Positions 50,539 to 61,070 of a stretch of 64,000 nucleotides of DNA are shown piece after piece. The stretch's first letter is position 1, and each line of letters starts with the position of its first letter. The DNA is from an uncultured Gammaproteobacteria bacterium (GTDB lineage Bacteria; Pseudomonadota; Gammaproteobacteria; CAWCPV01): assembly GCA_963797555.1 (NCBI GenBank), contig CAWCPV010000010.1, forward strand, positions 83,877-147,876, read 5' to 3'. Position numbers and translations under genes: made by a program. The notes beneath the pieces are model-generated. The model ran no database searches and was not told the origin of the DNA. It saw only the letters and a list, made by a program, of their open reading frames with translations.

Positions 50539-52732
50539 GATCCATGGGATCGACGTCCAGCGACCAACGGACGCGGCGCGCCTTCTTGACCAGATCGAGG
50601 CGAGGCACCCAGGCTTGGAGGAACCGCTGCAGGTCCGAGCGCCTGGCCGCCTGAACCAGTAGTTGGGCGCGGTAACGGCCGGCGCGCCGCTCCATGGGAG
50701 CAGGAACCGGGCCGAACAGCTGCAAACCTTGCGACAGCAACTCCTTTCCGACCGCTGCCGCCTCCTCCAGGAACAGCCTGGGCAGCTCGGACCCCGCTGC
50801 CTCGGCGCGGATCAGCGCCAAGCTGGTGTCGGGCGGGAGTCCCGCCTGAGTCCGTTCGCGCAGGGCGGCCTCGGCAAAATGGGCGTAGCCCTCGGTGATG
50901 AGAGGGCTCAACAGTGGATGGTCAGGGTGGTGGGTCTGGATCAGCACTTGCCCCCGCTTCTCGGCGCGTCCGGCACGGCCCGCCACCTGGAGGATGAGCT
51001 GGGCCATGCGCTCCAGAGCCCGGAAGTCGGCGCTGAACAGGCCGCGGTCCGCGTCCACGATACCCACCAGCGTCACCATCGGGAAGTGATGGCCCTTCGC
51101 CAGCATCTGGGTGCCCACCAGAATGTCGGCATCGCCCGTGTGCACCTGATCCAGCAAGTCGCGGAACGCATGTTTGCGCCGCGTCGTGTCCCGGTCGATA
51201 CGCAGCACCCGTCGGCCCGGAAACCGCTCCTGCAGAGTGTGCTCCAGACGCTCGGTCCCCTGACCTGCGGCCTGCAGGTCCAAGCCCCCGCAGGCCGGGC
51301 ACTGGGCCGGCAGTGGCTGCTCGGCTCCGCAGTGGTGACAACGCATACGACGGTCCCGCCGGTGCACCGTCAGAAGGGCATCGCAGCGAGCGCAGGCCGA
51401 GACCCACCCGCACTCGTGGCACAGCAGGGCCGGGGCATACCCACGGCGGTTCAAAAACAGGAGCACCTGCTCGCCGCGGGACAGGGCGTGCGCTATTTCT
51501 TCGATGAGAGTCTGCGAGAGGCCCGAGTCCATCGGTTGCCGGCGCACATCCAGCACGCGCACCGTCGGGTGCCGGGCACCGCCCGCGCGCTCCGGGAGAT
51601 GCAATCGCTGATAGCGTCCCCGCAGCGCGTTGTGCAGGGTCTCCAGCGAGGGGGTCGCCGACCCCAGCACCACCGGCACGCCGGCCTGGCGGGCGCGCAT
51701 CACGGCGAGGTCCCGACCCGAGTAACGAAAGCCATCCTGCTGTTTGAAAGACAGGTCGTGCTCCTCGTCCACGATAAAAATGCCGGGTCTCGGCATGGGG
51801 ACGAATACCGCCGACCGGGTCCCGATGACCACCTGCGCATCGCCATCTCTGGCAGCGCACCAGGCGCGCAGTCGCTCCCGCTCCGCCAGCGCGGAGTGCA
51901 GCACCGCAACCGGCACGCCGAGCCGCTTGCGGAAGCGCTCGACGGTCTGGTGGGTCAGGCCGATCTCCGGGAGCAGCATCAGAGCTTGCCGCCCGCGGGA
52001 CAAAGCGTCCGAGACGAGATGCAGGTAGACCTCCGTCTTACCGCTCCCGGTCACACCCTCCAGCAGGAAGGCATCGAATCCCTCGGAGCCGAGCACCGCT
52101 GCAACCGCAAACCGCTGCGCCGGATTCAGGGGCAGGGGTGGGTCCTGAGCGGGCTCCGCCGTCACGCAGGGGTCGGGGCGACGCTCCACCCACCCCTTCG
52201 CCTCCAGACGGCGTAGCGTGGCGAGCGCACCGCGAGGGAAGACCGGCGCGTCCGAAGCGATCCCCTGGAGGTGGTCGTTCAGCAGCCGCAGCAGCGCAGC
52301 CTGACGCGGCGCCCGGGCGAATGCCGCCGCGTCCACGGCCGACCCGGCGGAAGTCAGGCGCCAGCGGTAGCCGCCTGGCTCGGCCCGCCGTCTGCCTGCC
52401 CGGAGGGCCGCCGGCAGGGCCGTCGCAAAGGCATCGCCCAAAGGATGGTGGTAGTAATCCGCCGCCCACTCCACGAGGTCGAGCAGGTCCGCCGGCAGGG
52501 GCCGTCCGTCGTCCAAGACTTCCAGTACGGGCTTCAGCCGTTCCTCGGCCACCGAGGGGCGAGCATCGCACCGCAGCACGACCCCCACGCGAGTGCTGCG
52601 GCCGAACGGCACCCGCACCCGCATTCCCACGGCACAATCGGCTGGGCTCCATGCGAGCGGCGGGAAATAGTCGAACAACCCGCGGAGCGGGGCCAGGACC
52701 GCGACGCGCAGTACAGACCGTGACTGGGTCAT
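50531..52732 (-). CDS. priA: Primosomal protein N'
   Basis: RVRVPFG, GVTGSGKTEVY, DEEHD, LGSATPS, NRRGY, Cys cluster, GTQMLAKGHHFP, QVAGRAGR, WSLDVDP. Confidence 0.97.
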   Translation of the reverse strand: MTQSRSVLRVAVLAPLRGLFDYFPPLAWSPADCAVGMRVRVPFGRSTRVGVVLRCDARPSVAEERLKPVLEVLDDGRPLPADLLDLVEWAADYYHHPLGDAFATALPAALRAGRRRAEPGGYRWRLTSAGSAVDAAAFARAPRQAALLRLLNDHLQGIASDAPVFPRGALATLRRLEAKGWVERRPDPCVTAEPAQDPPLPLNPAQRFAVAAVLGSEGFDAFLLEGVTGSGKTEVYLHLVSDALSRGRQALMLLPEIGLTHQTVERFRKRLGVPVAVLHSALAERERLRAWCAARDGDAQVVIGTRSAVFVPMPRPGIFIVDEEHDLSFKQQDGFRYSGRDLAVMRARQAGVPVVLGSATPSLETLHNALRGRYQRLHLPERAGGARHPTVRVLDVRRQPMDSGLSQTLIEEIAHALSRGEQVLLFLNRRGYAPALLCHECGWVSACARCDALLTVHRRDRRMRCHHCGAEQPLPAQCPACGGLDLQAAGQGTERLEHTLQERFPGRRVLRIDRDTTRRKHAFRDLLDQVHTGDADILVGTQMLAKGHHFPMVTLVGIVDADRGLFSADFRALERMAQLILQVAGRAGRAEKRGQVLIQTHHPDHPLLSPLITEGYAHFAEAALRERTQAGLPPDTSLALIRAEAAGSELPRLFLEEAAAVGKELLSQGLQLFGPVPAPMERRAGRYRAQLLVQAARRSDLQRFLQAWVPRLDLVKKARRVRWSLDVDPMDLM

Positions 52733-52766
52733 GGACCGCAGTAGATCCAGGCCCGAGCGAGGGAGA

Positions 52767-53237
52767 CTAGGGCGGGCTCGGCGGTGCGATGCGCAGCGAC
52801 CGCAAAGCCACCGAGCGCTCCTGCCGTCCTTGCCCCCACGTCACCTCCACCATCACGTCGAAGGCATCGACGGGCGCTCCGCCGGTACCGGCTGTCCTCA
52901 ACCCGGGCCGCTTGCTCTGGAAGCTGCCGGCGAGGGCGGAGAGGTCGGAATCAGGCCGCCCTTCGTTGCTCTGAGGCAGGTCGTAGGGGGTCACGGTGAC
53001 ATGCCAGTGGTAACCGTCACCGAAGTCGCCGCTCTCGTCGCCCGCTTTCAAGGGCTCCTCGATGCCCAGGGCAGCAAGCCGGGACTGTGCCAGCAGCGTG
53101 GCACGGCTATATTCGTCACCCAGCGCGAGATTGTTGAGGCCCGTCGAGAATATCTGCATCACCACGCCGAGCGACAGCGTGAGGATCGCAAAAGCGACCA
53201 GCACCTCGAGGAGCGTAAAACCCCGCTCGTGCTTCAA
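52767..53237 (-). CDS. gspI: T2SS minor pseudopilin GspI/XpsI-like
   Basis: Prepilin motif RGFTLLEVLVA; LAQSRLA; TTGA overlap with gspH. Confidence 0.75.
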   Translation of the reverse strand: MKHERGFTLLEVLVAFAILTLSLGVVMQIFSTGLNNLALGDEYSRATLLAQSRLAALGIEEPLKAGDESGDFGDGYHWHVTVTPYDLPQSNEGRPDSDLSALAGSFQSKRPGLRTAGTGGAPVDAFDVMVEVTWGQGRQERSVALRSLRIAPPSPP

Positions 53238-53722
53238 CCTGCGATCTCCTGCTGCAGAATCTGCACCCGCCCCGTCAGCCAATCGACGTCGACACCGAAG
53301 GCATGCTTCCCGTAACTGACGGTGATGCGGCCGCCCGTAGAACTCCCGTCCGGGAAAAATCGGATGGCGCCGCTGCTCGCGGTGACCAACTCGGACTGCG
53401 CCGTGTACAGCTTGATGCCCAGCTTCGCGGGCAGGTGACCCTCGCGACCCTCGCCCGGGATGCGATACGAGTGCGCATCCACGTCCACCTGAAAGGTCGT
53501 CTCCCGATCGGCGGTGATGGCCAGGCTGCGCGTCTGGCCAAGGCCGGCGGCCAGATCACGGGCCGCTGACCGAAGCTGCACGGTGGCAAGGCTGCCCGAG
53601 AGCATGGGCGGCACAATGGCGAGCAAAGCCACCGCGATCGCCAATACCACGAGCAGCTCGAGGAGTGTGTAGCCGGCGGATCTCGACCCTGTGCCGGCCA
53701 CATCTGGGTGAGCGGCATCCAC
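53234..53722 (-). CDS. gspH: T2SS minor pseudopilin GspH/XpsH-like
   Basis: AGYTLLELLVV; IRFFPDGSSTGG; VDWLTG. Confidence 0.82.
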   Translation of the reverse strand: MDAAHPDVAGTGSRSAGYTLLELLVVLAIAVALLAIVPPMLSGSLATVQLRSAARDLAAGLGQTRSLAITADRETTFQVDVDAHSYRIPGEGREGHLPAKLGIKLYTAQSELVTASSGAIRFFPDGSSTGGRITVSYGKHAFGVDVDWLTGRVQILQQEIAG

Positions 53723-53736
53723 GACCGGCCGCGGCC

Positions 53737-54195
53737 CTACTCCCAGCTCACGACGTCCTTGCTCTCGCCCTCGCCTCCCTCGGCGTGGTCTGCTCCGAGG
53801 GAATAGAGATCATATGGCCCGTGCTCCCCGGGAGACCGATAGGTGTAGTCATAGCCCCAGGGATCCTTGGGCACCTGCTTCTTCTTCAGGTATGGTCCGT
53901 TCCAGCGCTCCACCCCCGCCGGCTGCTCTACCAGGGCCTGCAGCCCCTGCTCTGTGGTGGGGTACTGACCCACTTCCAGCCGATACATGTCCAGCGCTCC
54001 GCCGAGCTGCTCGATCTGCAGACGGGCAGTGTCGCTCTTGGCACCGCTCAGATACTTGATGACCTGCGGACCCACCAGCCCCGCCAGGAGGCCCAGTATC
54101 ACCAGCACTACGAGCAGTTCGATCAGAGTGAAGCCCCGCACCGCGCCGCGTCGGGCTCCCGACCCAGCGCAGGAAGTCAGCGTTCGTATGCACAT
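53737..54195 (-). CDS. gspG: T2SS major pseudopilin
   Basis: GFTLIELLVV, ALDMYRLEVGQYPTTEQGLQAL, WNGPYL, DPWG, SLGAD. Confidence 0.93.
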   Translation of the reverse strand: MCIRTLTSCAGSGARRGAVRGFTLIELLVVLVILGLLAGLVGPQVIKYLSGAKSDTARLQIEQLGGALDMYRLEVGQYPTTEQGLQALVEQPAGVERWNGPYLKKKQVPKDPWGYDYTYRSPGEHGPYDLYSLGADHAEGGEGESKDVVSWE

Positions 54196-54245
54196 AGCGC
54201 TACCTCGTCTCGCACGCCGACCGCCGATGACGGCCGGGCGTGTGG

Positions 54246-55466
54246 TCAGAATGCCAGCTGGTTCAAGCTCAGGATGGCCACCAAAATGGACATGATGATG
54301 GCCGCGATGATGACCCCGAGCCCCAGGATCAGCAAGGGCTCGAGGAGGGCAAGCACCCGCTTCACCGTGGTCCGCACCTCACGGTCGTAGGTGTCCGCCA
54401 CCTGCAGGAGCATCTCCTCGAGGCGACCGGTCTCCTCGCCCACGCGGACCATGTGGACCGCGAGCTTGGGGAACACCTCGGTGTCCATCAGCGGCTGCGC
54501 GAGACCTTCACCCTCCTTGGTGCGTGCGGCCACCGTCCCGATGGCACCGGCCAGCACCTGGTTCCCCACGGTTTCCTTGACGATGGAGAGTGCCGTGAGC
54601 AACGGGACACCATTGCCCAGCAGCGTGCCGAGCGTGCGGCTGAAACGGGCCACCTCTACGCGCAGCACCAGCTCGCCGAGGAGCCGCATGCGCAGCAGCC
54701 AGCCGTCCCAACGCAGCCGTTGCTGCGGGTCGGCGAGAGCCCGGCGTACCAACAGCACCACCCCGAGGACCAGAAGCACACCAGCCCACCAGTACCCACG
54801 AACGAGATCTCCGGCGGACACCACGATCTGGGTCGGCAGCGGCAGGGCCTTGCCCATGTCGTGGAACAGTTGGCTGAACTGCGGTACCACGAAGGTCAGC
54901 AGGATCAAGACCGAGAGGAGCGCCACGGTCAGCAATATGGCGGGATAGATGAGCGCCGAGAGCACCGTGTCCCGCAGTTCCTTGCTGCGCTCCAGGTACT
55001 CCGTGAGCCGAGCCAGGACGGTGTCCAGGGAGCCCCCGGCCTCCCCGGCCCGCAGCATGCTCACATAGAACCGGGAGAACGCGCCATGCTGCGCCTCCAG
55101 GGCGCTCGACAGCGGGGCGCCGCCGCGCACCGTGTCCTGGACCCTTTGAATGAGCGCACCCATCGCCTTCGACTCGGCTAGGCCCTGCAGCAGCCCGAGC
55201 GCCCGGTCGAGCGGCAAGCCCGCCCGCAACAGGGTCTCCAACTCCTGGGTGAAAATCCCGATATCCTTGCGCGAGATCCGGCTGCGCCTGAGGTCCGCAA
55301 GGCGGAAACCTCGGCGGTAACCGCCGGGGCTGACCTCCTCGGCGCGGATGGGGACGTGCCCCGCCTCCTGCAGGCGCCGGATGACGGTGGCCTGGCTGTC
55401 CGCATCCATCTCCCCTTCCTGCACGTCGCCCGCGGGGTCTACGAATTTGTAGTGAAACAAGGCCAC
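54246..55466 (-). CDS. gspF: T2SS inner membrane protein F
   Basis: LLRAGLPL, AGEAGGSL, ALIYP, VPQF, LPLPT, VGEETG, LLEP. Confidence 0.92.
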   Translation of the reverse strand: MALFHYKFVDPAGDVQEGEMDADSQATVIRRLQEAGHVPIRAEEVSPGGYRRGFRLADLRRSRISRKDIGIFTQELETLLRAGLPLDRALGLLQGLAESKAMGALIQRVQDTVRGGAPLSSALEAQHGAFSRFYVSMLRAGEAGGSLDTVLARLTEYLERSKELRDTVLSALIYPAILLTVALLSVLILLTFVVPQFSQLFHDMGKALPLPTQIVVSAGDLVRGYWWAGVLLVLGVVLLVRRALADPQQRLRWDGWLLRMRLLGELVLRVEVARFSRTLGTLLGNGVPLLTALSIVKETVGNQVLAGAIGTVAARTKEGEGLAQPLMDTEVFPKLAVHMVRVGEETGRLEEMLLQVADTYDREVRTTVKRVLALLEPLLILGLGVIIAAIIMSILVAILSLNQLAF

Positions 55467-57164
55467 TTAGGCTTCCTGCGTGACCCTCAGGACCTCCTCG
55501 ATGGTGGTGGTGCCCTTGACGGCCTTGCGCAGCCCATCCTCGTGCATCGTTTGCATACCTTCCCCTACGGTCAGCGCGTGGATCTCGGAGGAGTCGGCGT
55601 GGCGCAGGACCAGCCTGCGGATCGGGTCGGTCATCACCAGCATCTCCAAGATGCTGGAGCGGCCCAGATAACCGGTCCCTGCGCACTGCGGGCAGCCCTT
55701 GGAACGATAGAGGGTCACCGGATCGTCGTGGGTGAATCGCCGCAGCTTCATCTCCTCCACCACCTCCGGCAGGGCTGCGTAAGGCTCGCGGCAGTGCGGA
55801 CAGAGGGTGCGAACCAACCGTTGGGCGAGAATGCCATTGACCGTCGAGGTCAGCAGATAGTCCTCGACTCCCATGTCGAGCAGGCGCGTGACACCGCCGG
55901 CCGCGTCATTGGTGTGCAGAGTGGAGAGCACCAGGTGCCCGGTGAGCGCCGACTGGACCGCGATCTTGGCCGTCTCCAAGTCGCGCATCTCACCTATCAT
56001 GATGACATCCGGATCCTGACGCACGATGGAGCGCAGCGCGCTGGCAAAGCTGAGCCCGATCTGCGGCTTCACCTGGATCTGATTGATGCCCTCCAGTTGG
56101 TACTCCACCGGATCCTCGACGGTGATGATCTTCCGCTCGGGAGTGTTGAGCTTATCCAGCGCCGTGTAAAGCGTGGTGGTCTTGCCGCTGCCGGTGGGCC
56201 CGGTCACGAGGATAATCCCGTGGGGCAGCGATAGCACCTCGAGAAAGCGCTCCAATGCCTGGTCCTCGAAGCCCAGCGACGCGAAGTCAAGGACCACACT
56301 GCCGCGGTCCAGGAGGCGCATGACCACGCTCTCCCCATACAGCGTGGGGACGGTCGAGACGCGCAGGTCCAGCTCCTTGCCCTGCACGCGCAGCTTGATA
56401 CGACCATCCTGGGGCAGCCGGCGCTCCGCGATATTGAGCTTGGCCATGATCTTGACGCGGGATATCACGGCCGCCGTGGAGCGCGACGGTGGCGCCTCCA
56501 CCTCGCGCAGCACGCCGTCGATGCGGTAGCGCACCTTGAGCCGATTCTCGAACGGCTCGATGTGGATATCGGAAGACCGCGATTCCACCGCGCGCTGCAG
56601 CACCAAATTCACCAAGCGCACGACCGGGGCTTCGCTGGCCAAGTCCTTCAGGCGCTCGATATCCTCGTCGTGGATCTCGTCGGGGTTGCCGATATCCTCG
56701 ACGATCTGCCCCATGGCACCCTTGCCGTTGCCGTACGCACGCTCGAACGCCGCCTCCATGTCGGAGGGCAGCGCCACGCGTGGCACCACGGTCTTGCTGG
56801 TGGACAGCTCTACGGCCTGGATGGCGTAGCGATCCTCGGGATCCGCCATCGCCAGAACCACCCTCCCCTCGTCTTCCGCGATGGGCAGCACCTGGGCCTC
56901 CTTCAAGAAGCGCGCCGAAACCTGGCCCTCCAGAAGCGGGACGTCGGGATAGTCTGCGGGCTCCACGACAGGCAAGCCGAGTTGCCGGGACAGGGCGTCG
57001 GCCACATCGCGCTCGGACACCAAGCCGAGCTTCAGCAGCAACGGCCCCAGCCGTTGCCCGCTCTCTTCCTGCAGCCGCAACGCACGATCGAGCTGGCTGC
57101 GGTCCAGGCGCCCACGCTCGACCAGCAAGTCCCCCAGAGGACGGTAGTGCGCGTGCTCGCTCAC
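55467..57164 (-). CDS. gspE: T2SS ATPase with N-terminal MshEN-like domain (XpsE type)
   Basis: SDIHIEP, AERRLPQDGR, GPTGSGKTTT, EDPVE, RQDPD, GHLVLSTLHTN; tandem LG..L...G.....L...L..Q motifs at the N-terminus. Confidence 0.93.
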   Translation of the reverse strand: MSEHAHYRPLGDLLVERGRLDRSQLDRALRLQEESGQRLGPLLLKLGLVSERDVADALSRQLGLPVVEPADYPDVPLLEGQVSARFLKEAQVLPIAEDEGRVVLAMADPEDRYAIQAVELSTSKTVVPRVALPSDMEAAFERAYGNGKGAMGQIVEDIGNPDEIHDEDIERLKDLASEAPVVRLVNLVLQRAVESRSSDIHIEPFENRLKVRYRIDGVLREVEAPPSRSTAAVISRVKIMAKLNIAERRLPQDGRIKLRVQGKELDLRVSTVPTLYGESVVMRLLDRGSVVLDFASLGFEDQALERFLEVLSLPHGIILVTGPTGSGKTTTLYTALDKLNTPERKIITVEDPVEYQLEGINQIQVKPQIGLSFASALRSIVRQDPDVIMIGEMRDLETAKIAVQSALTGHLVLSTLHTNDAAGGVTRLLDMGVEDYLLTSTVNGILAQRLVRTLCPHCREPYAALPEVVEEMKLRRFTHDDPVTLYRSKGCPQCAGTGYLGRSSILEMLVMTDPIRRLVLRHADSSEIHALTVGEGMQTMHEDGLRKAVKGTTTIEEVLRVTQEA

Positions 57165-57177
57165 GGCTGCCAGAATA
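57165..57177 (-). promoter_or_regulatory. -10-like element directly upstream of gspE (leaderless candidate)
   Basis: Minus strand TATTCT, then 7 nt, then GTG 57164. Confidence 0.4.
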
Positions 57178-57246
57178 GCTCTCCCATGACGACGGCTGGC
57201 GCGGCGCCGCCCCCGCTGACCCATCCGGCGACACGTCTCCAGGTGT

Positions 57247-58038
57247 TCATACGGCCACCGGGGCTTTGATGGGCGGATGGGCCTGGTAGTCGAGAATCTC
57301 GAAGTCTTCGTAACAGAACGCGTCGATGTCCTTCACCTGAGTATTGAGCCGCATCTGCGGGAGCGGGTAGGGGGTCCTGGAGAGCTGCAGATCGGCCTGC
57401 TCCAAATGGTTCAGATAGAGATGGACATCGCCCAAGGTGTGGACGAGATCTCCCGGTGCGAGCCCGGTCACGTGGGCCACCGCCAGCGTGAGCAGCGCGT
57501 AGCTCGCGATGTTGAAGGGTAGGCCCAGAAAGACGTCTGCGCTGCGTTGGTAGAGCTGACACGATAGACGTCCGTCCGCCACAAAGAACTGGAACAGGAT
57601 GTGACAAGGAGGGAGCGCCATGCGATCCAGCTCCCCGACATTCCACGCGCTCACGATATGACGGCGCGAGTATGGGTTGGACCGGATCGAAGCGATCACC
57701 TGAGCCACCTGGTCGATGGTGCGTCCCGAGGACTCCCATGCCCGCCACTGCTTGCCGTATATGGGACCGAGATCGCCCTGCGCGTCGGCCCACTCGTCCC
57801 AAATGCTCACGCCATGCTCGCGGAGGTAACGGACATTGGTACTGCCCTGCAGAAACCATAGCAGCTCGTGAATAACAGAGCGCAGATGCAGGCGCTTGGT
57901 GGTGACCGCCGGAAACCCGCGCCCCAGGTCGAAACGCATCTGAGAGCCGAACAACGCGAGCGTGCCGACGCCGGTGCGGTCCTCCCGCCGCACGCCTTGC
58001 GTCCTGACACGACGCAACAATGCCAAGTATTCTACCAT
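57247..58038 (-). CDS. thyA: Thymidylate synthase
   Basis: [57 protein letters not shown]. Confidence 0.97.
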   Translation of the reverse strand: MVEYLALLRRVRTQGVRREDRTGVGTLALFGSQMRFDLGRGFPAVTTKRLHLRSVIHELLWFLQGSTNVRYLREHGVSIWDEWADAQGDLGPIYGKQWRAWESSGRTIDQVAQVIASIRSNPYSRRHIVSAWNVGELDRMALPPCHILFQFFVADGRLSCQLYQRSADVFLGLPFNIASYALLTLAVAHVTGLAPGDLVHTLGDVHLYLNHLEQADLQLSRTPYPLPQMRLNTQVKDIDAFCYEDFEILDYQAHPPIKAPVAV

Positions 58039-58093
58039 CGCTCCCCACGGGCCGCGCGGCACCGTCCCGACACTCGCCGCGAGCCGTTCCCCT

Positions 58094-58924
58094 TCACGGA
58101 TTTGCCCCCTTGCCGCAGCGGTCCGCCTCCATCCCCGCATCCCGCGGCTCACGGCGGTATGCCCACCAGAGCAGTAGCGCCCCCGCGAAGGCCATCGGGA
58201 CGGACAGGAGCTGGCCCATGGTCACCCAGCCGAAAGCCAGGTAGCCGAGCTGCGGGTCGGGCTGGCGCACCAGCTCCACCAGGAAACGGGAAGTCCCGTA
58301 GCACACCAGGAACAGCCCTGACACCGCCCGCGTCGGCCGAGTCTTGCTGGAATAGATCCACACAACGATGAACAGGATCAGCCCCTCCAGGAATGCCTCG
58401 TAGAGCTGGGAAGGATGTCGCGGCAGCGGTCCGGCGAGCGGGAACACCATAGCCCATGGCACGTCGCTAACCCGCCCCCAAAGCTCGCCGTTGATGAAGT
58501 TGCCGATGCGCCCCGCCCCCAGACCGATGGGCACCAAGGGGGCGACGAAGTCCGTCAAGCGCCAGAAGCCCACGCCGAGCCCGCGACCGTACCACCAAGT
58601 GGCCAGGAGCGCGCCGACTAGGCCCCCGTGAAAGGACATACCACCCTGCCAGACCTTGAGCACGTCCAGAGGGTGCTCCAGGAACACGGGCAGGTCGTAG
58701 AACAGCACATAGCCGAGGCGCCCTCCGAGGACTGCCCCAAGGGCGACATAGAACACCAAGTCCGACATCTGCTCGGGCGACACCGGGGCACCGGTCCGTC
58801 GCGCCCGCCTCCGCCCCAGCCACCACGCGGCGGCGAAGCCGATCAGGTACATGATCCCGTACCAGTGGACCTTGAGTTGCCCGATGTGAAAGGCAACGGG
58901 ATCGAAATGCGGGTAGGGTAGCAT
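58094..58924 (-). CDS. lgt: Prolipoprotein diacylglyceryl transferase
   Basis: [43 protein letters not shown]. Confidence 0.97.
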   Translation of the reverse strand: MLPYPHFDPVAFHIGQLKVHWYGIMYLIGFAAAWWLGRRRARRTGAPVSPEQMSDLVFYVALGAVLGGRLGYVLFYDLPVFLEHPLDVLKVWQGGMSFHGGLVGALLATWWYGRGLGVGFWRLTDFVAPLVPIGLGAGRIGNFINGELWGRVSDVPWAMVFPLAGPLPRHPSQLYEAFLEGLILFIVVWIYSSKTRPTRAVSGLFLVCYGTSRFLVELVRQPDPQLGYLAFGWVTMGQLLSVPMAFAGALLLWWAYRREPRDAGMEADRCGKGANP

Positions 58925-58973
58925 CGCGTCCGGGCTTCAGCCTGGACCGACGGCGGCCTGTGTGGCTGGCCGG

Positions 58974-60155
58974 TCAGTCGCGCAATACACGGGCGAAGAA
59001 GGTCTTGAGATAGCGCGTCTCGGCAATGGCCGGATGGACCGGGTGGTCCGGCCCTTGTCCACCCTGCTCGAGCAACTGCAGCTCCCGCCCGAGGCTTCGG
59101 GCCGCGGCGAGCAAGATCCTCTGCAGCCGCTCCCCCGGCAGATGGTAGGAGCAGGAAGAGGAGATGAGCAGTCCGTCCGGGGCTAGACAGCGCATCGCAG
59201 CCGTGTTGAGCCTGAGATAGGCCTGTTCGCCCTTGGCACTATCCTTCTTGCGCTTGACGAAGGCCGGGGGATCCACCACCACCACATCGAAGCCGCCACC
59301 GAGCGATGCCAGCATCTCCAGGGCGTCGCCTTGCACGGTCTTCACGCGTGCCGCCACCCCGTTGTCGGCGGCATTGCGCTGCACGTAGGCAAGCGCCGTC
59401 TCCGAGCTGTCCAGGCACACCACCTGGCTGGCGCCGGCGACGGCCGCCTGCACACCCCAGGCTCCAGTGTAGCTGAAGCAATCCAGGACCCGCCGACTAG
59501 CCACATAGCTTAGCATACGCTGCCGGTTGAGCCTCTGGTCGTAGAACCATCCCGTCTTCTGACCGCCCAGCAGAGGAACCGCGAACACCGCGCCGTGCTC
59601 GGTGAGCCTGATCTCCTCCGGCACCTCCCCAATGGGCTCCACGTAAGAGGCTAACCCCTCCAGCGCGCGCGTGGCGGTGTCGTTGCGCAACAGAACGGCC
59701 CGTGGGGCGAGCACCGCTTCCAGGGCGCGGATGAGGTCTTCCTTCACCCGCTCCATGCCGGCCGTGGTGATCTGCACCGCGAGAAAGTCGCCGTACCGGT
59801 CCACCACCACCCCGGGCAGTCCATCGCCCTCCCCGAAGGCCAGGCGATAGAAGCCCCCCGGGAACACCCGCTCCCGCAGCGACAGCGCCTGCCGCAGGCG
59901 CGCTTGGAGGAGGTCCTGGTCCAGCACGCGGTGCGCGTCCCGGGACACCAGGCGTGCGCAGATGAGGGCATGGGGATTGACGTAGCCGCTCCCAACGGCG
60001 CGTCCGGCGCTGTCCTCGATCATGACCGGCTGGCCCGCCACGAATCGCGTGAGCGGCGTGGACGTCACGTCCACTTCGTTGCTGAACACCCAGACGTGTC
60101 CGGCCCGCAGCCTGCGGTCTTCGTGTCTGTTGAGGCGCAGAGGTGCGAGAGTCAC
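58974..60155 (-). CDS. rlmI: 23S rRNA m5C1962 methyltransferase (RlmI family)
   Basis: GHVWVFSNE PUA domain, EGDGLPG, GQKTGWFYDQR, VLDCFSYTG, DPPAF, ETRYLK. Confidence 0.88.
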   Translation of the reverse strand: MTLAPLRLNRHEDRRLRAGHVWVFSNEVDVTSTPLTRFVAGQPVMIEDSAGRAVGSGYVNPHALICARLVSRDAHRVLDQDLLQARLRQALSLRERVFPGGFYRLAFGEGDGLPGVVVDRYGDFLAVQITTAGMERVKEDLIRALEAVLAPRAVLLRNDTATRALEGLASYVEPIGEVPEEIRLTEHGAVFAVPLLGGQKTGWFYDQRLNRQRMLSYVASRRVLDCFSYTGAWGVQAAVAGASQVVCLDSSETALAYVQRNAADNGVAARVKTVQGDALEMLASLGGGFDVVVVDPPAFVKRKKDSAKGEQAYLRLNTAAMRCLAPDGLLISSSCSYHLPGERLQRILLAAARSLGRELQLLEQGGQGPDHPVHPAIAETRYLKTFFARVLRD

Positions 60156-60404
60156 GGTCCAGCCCACCGGAAAAGACGGCAATTCTATCATCCGTGGCGT
60201 GCGTTGCCTTCTCCGCATGCTCGCCGCCGATGGCCAGCGCCCGGTGAGCCGTCGCCCGTTACAATAGCGATGTGATCGTTCTGGCAGGCCAGCGCGACTT
60301 CGTTCCGGACAAGTCTTGGGACAAGGGCGGACCGCAACGGGTCATCCAGGCGCTTCAGGCGCGCGGGGGCACCCCGGCGCACCCGGAAGGTGGAGTCTGA
60401 CCAC

Positions 60405-61070
60405 ATGGGTTTTCCTTCGGAGCTGTTACCTGCAGCTTGGCTGTGGGCCGGCCACATCCTCTGCCTGCCGGTGCTCCTCCTGGCGACACTGCCCGCTCCC
60501 TGGCAGCGGCTGCGCGAGCCCGAGACATCGCACGTCTTCCTGGGAACCTGCGTCGCCCTGATCGCCCTCTGGCATCTGCGCGCGGGAATCGAGCCCGGGC
60601 TGCAGTTCCACCTATTGGGCGCCACCACCATGACCCTGATGTTCGGCTGGAGGCTCGCCATCGCGGGCATGAGCCTCGTGGTCCTCGCCACCACGGCCAG
60701 TGGGCTCAGCGGCTGGGACGCGCTGTCGGTCAACACGCTGCTGATGGGCATGCTACCCGTCGCCGTCACGCATTATCTGCTGCGCCTCAGCGAGCGCTGG
60801 CTGCCCCCGAACTTCTTCATCTACGTCTTCGTCAACGGCTACTGCGGGGCGGCCCTCGCCATCACAGCCTCGGCGCTCTGCGGCGCCCTCCTTCTCTGGC
60901 TGAGCGGCGTGTACCGTCTGAGCGCGCTCGGCTCCAACTACCTCGTCTACCTGCCCCTGGTGGCCCTCCCCGAGGCCTGGGTGAATGGAAGCGTGGTCAC
61001 CCTGCTGGTGGGCCTGCGCCCCCAGTGGATGTCTACATTCGAGGACAGCCGCTACTTGAGAGGGCGATAG
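60405..61070 (+). CDS. Solitary CbiM-like (ECF substrate-binding) membrane protein
   Basis: HLLGAT..TLMFG, NFFIYVF, PEAWVNG, RPQW..TF motifs; many TM helices. Confidence 0.75.
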   Translation: MGFPSELLPAAWLWAGHILCLPVLLLATLPAPWQRLREPETSHVFLGTCVALIALWHLRAGIEPGLQFHLLGATTMTLMFGWRLAIAGMSLVVLATTASGLSGWDALSVNTLLMGMLPVAVTHYLLRLSERWLPPNFFIYVFVNGYCGAALAITASALCGALLLWLSGVYRLSALGSNYLVYLPLVALPEAWVNGSVVTLLVGLRPQWMSTFEDSRYLRGR

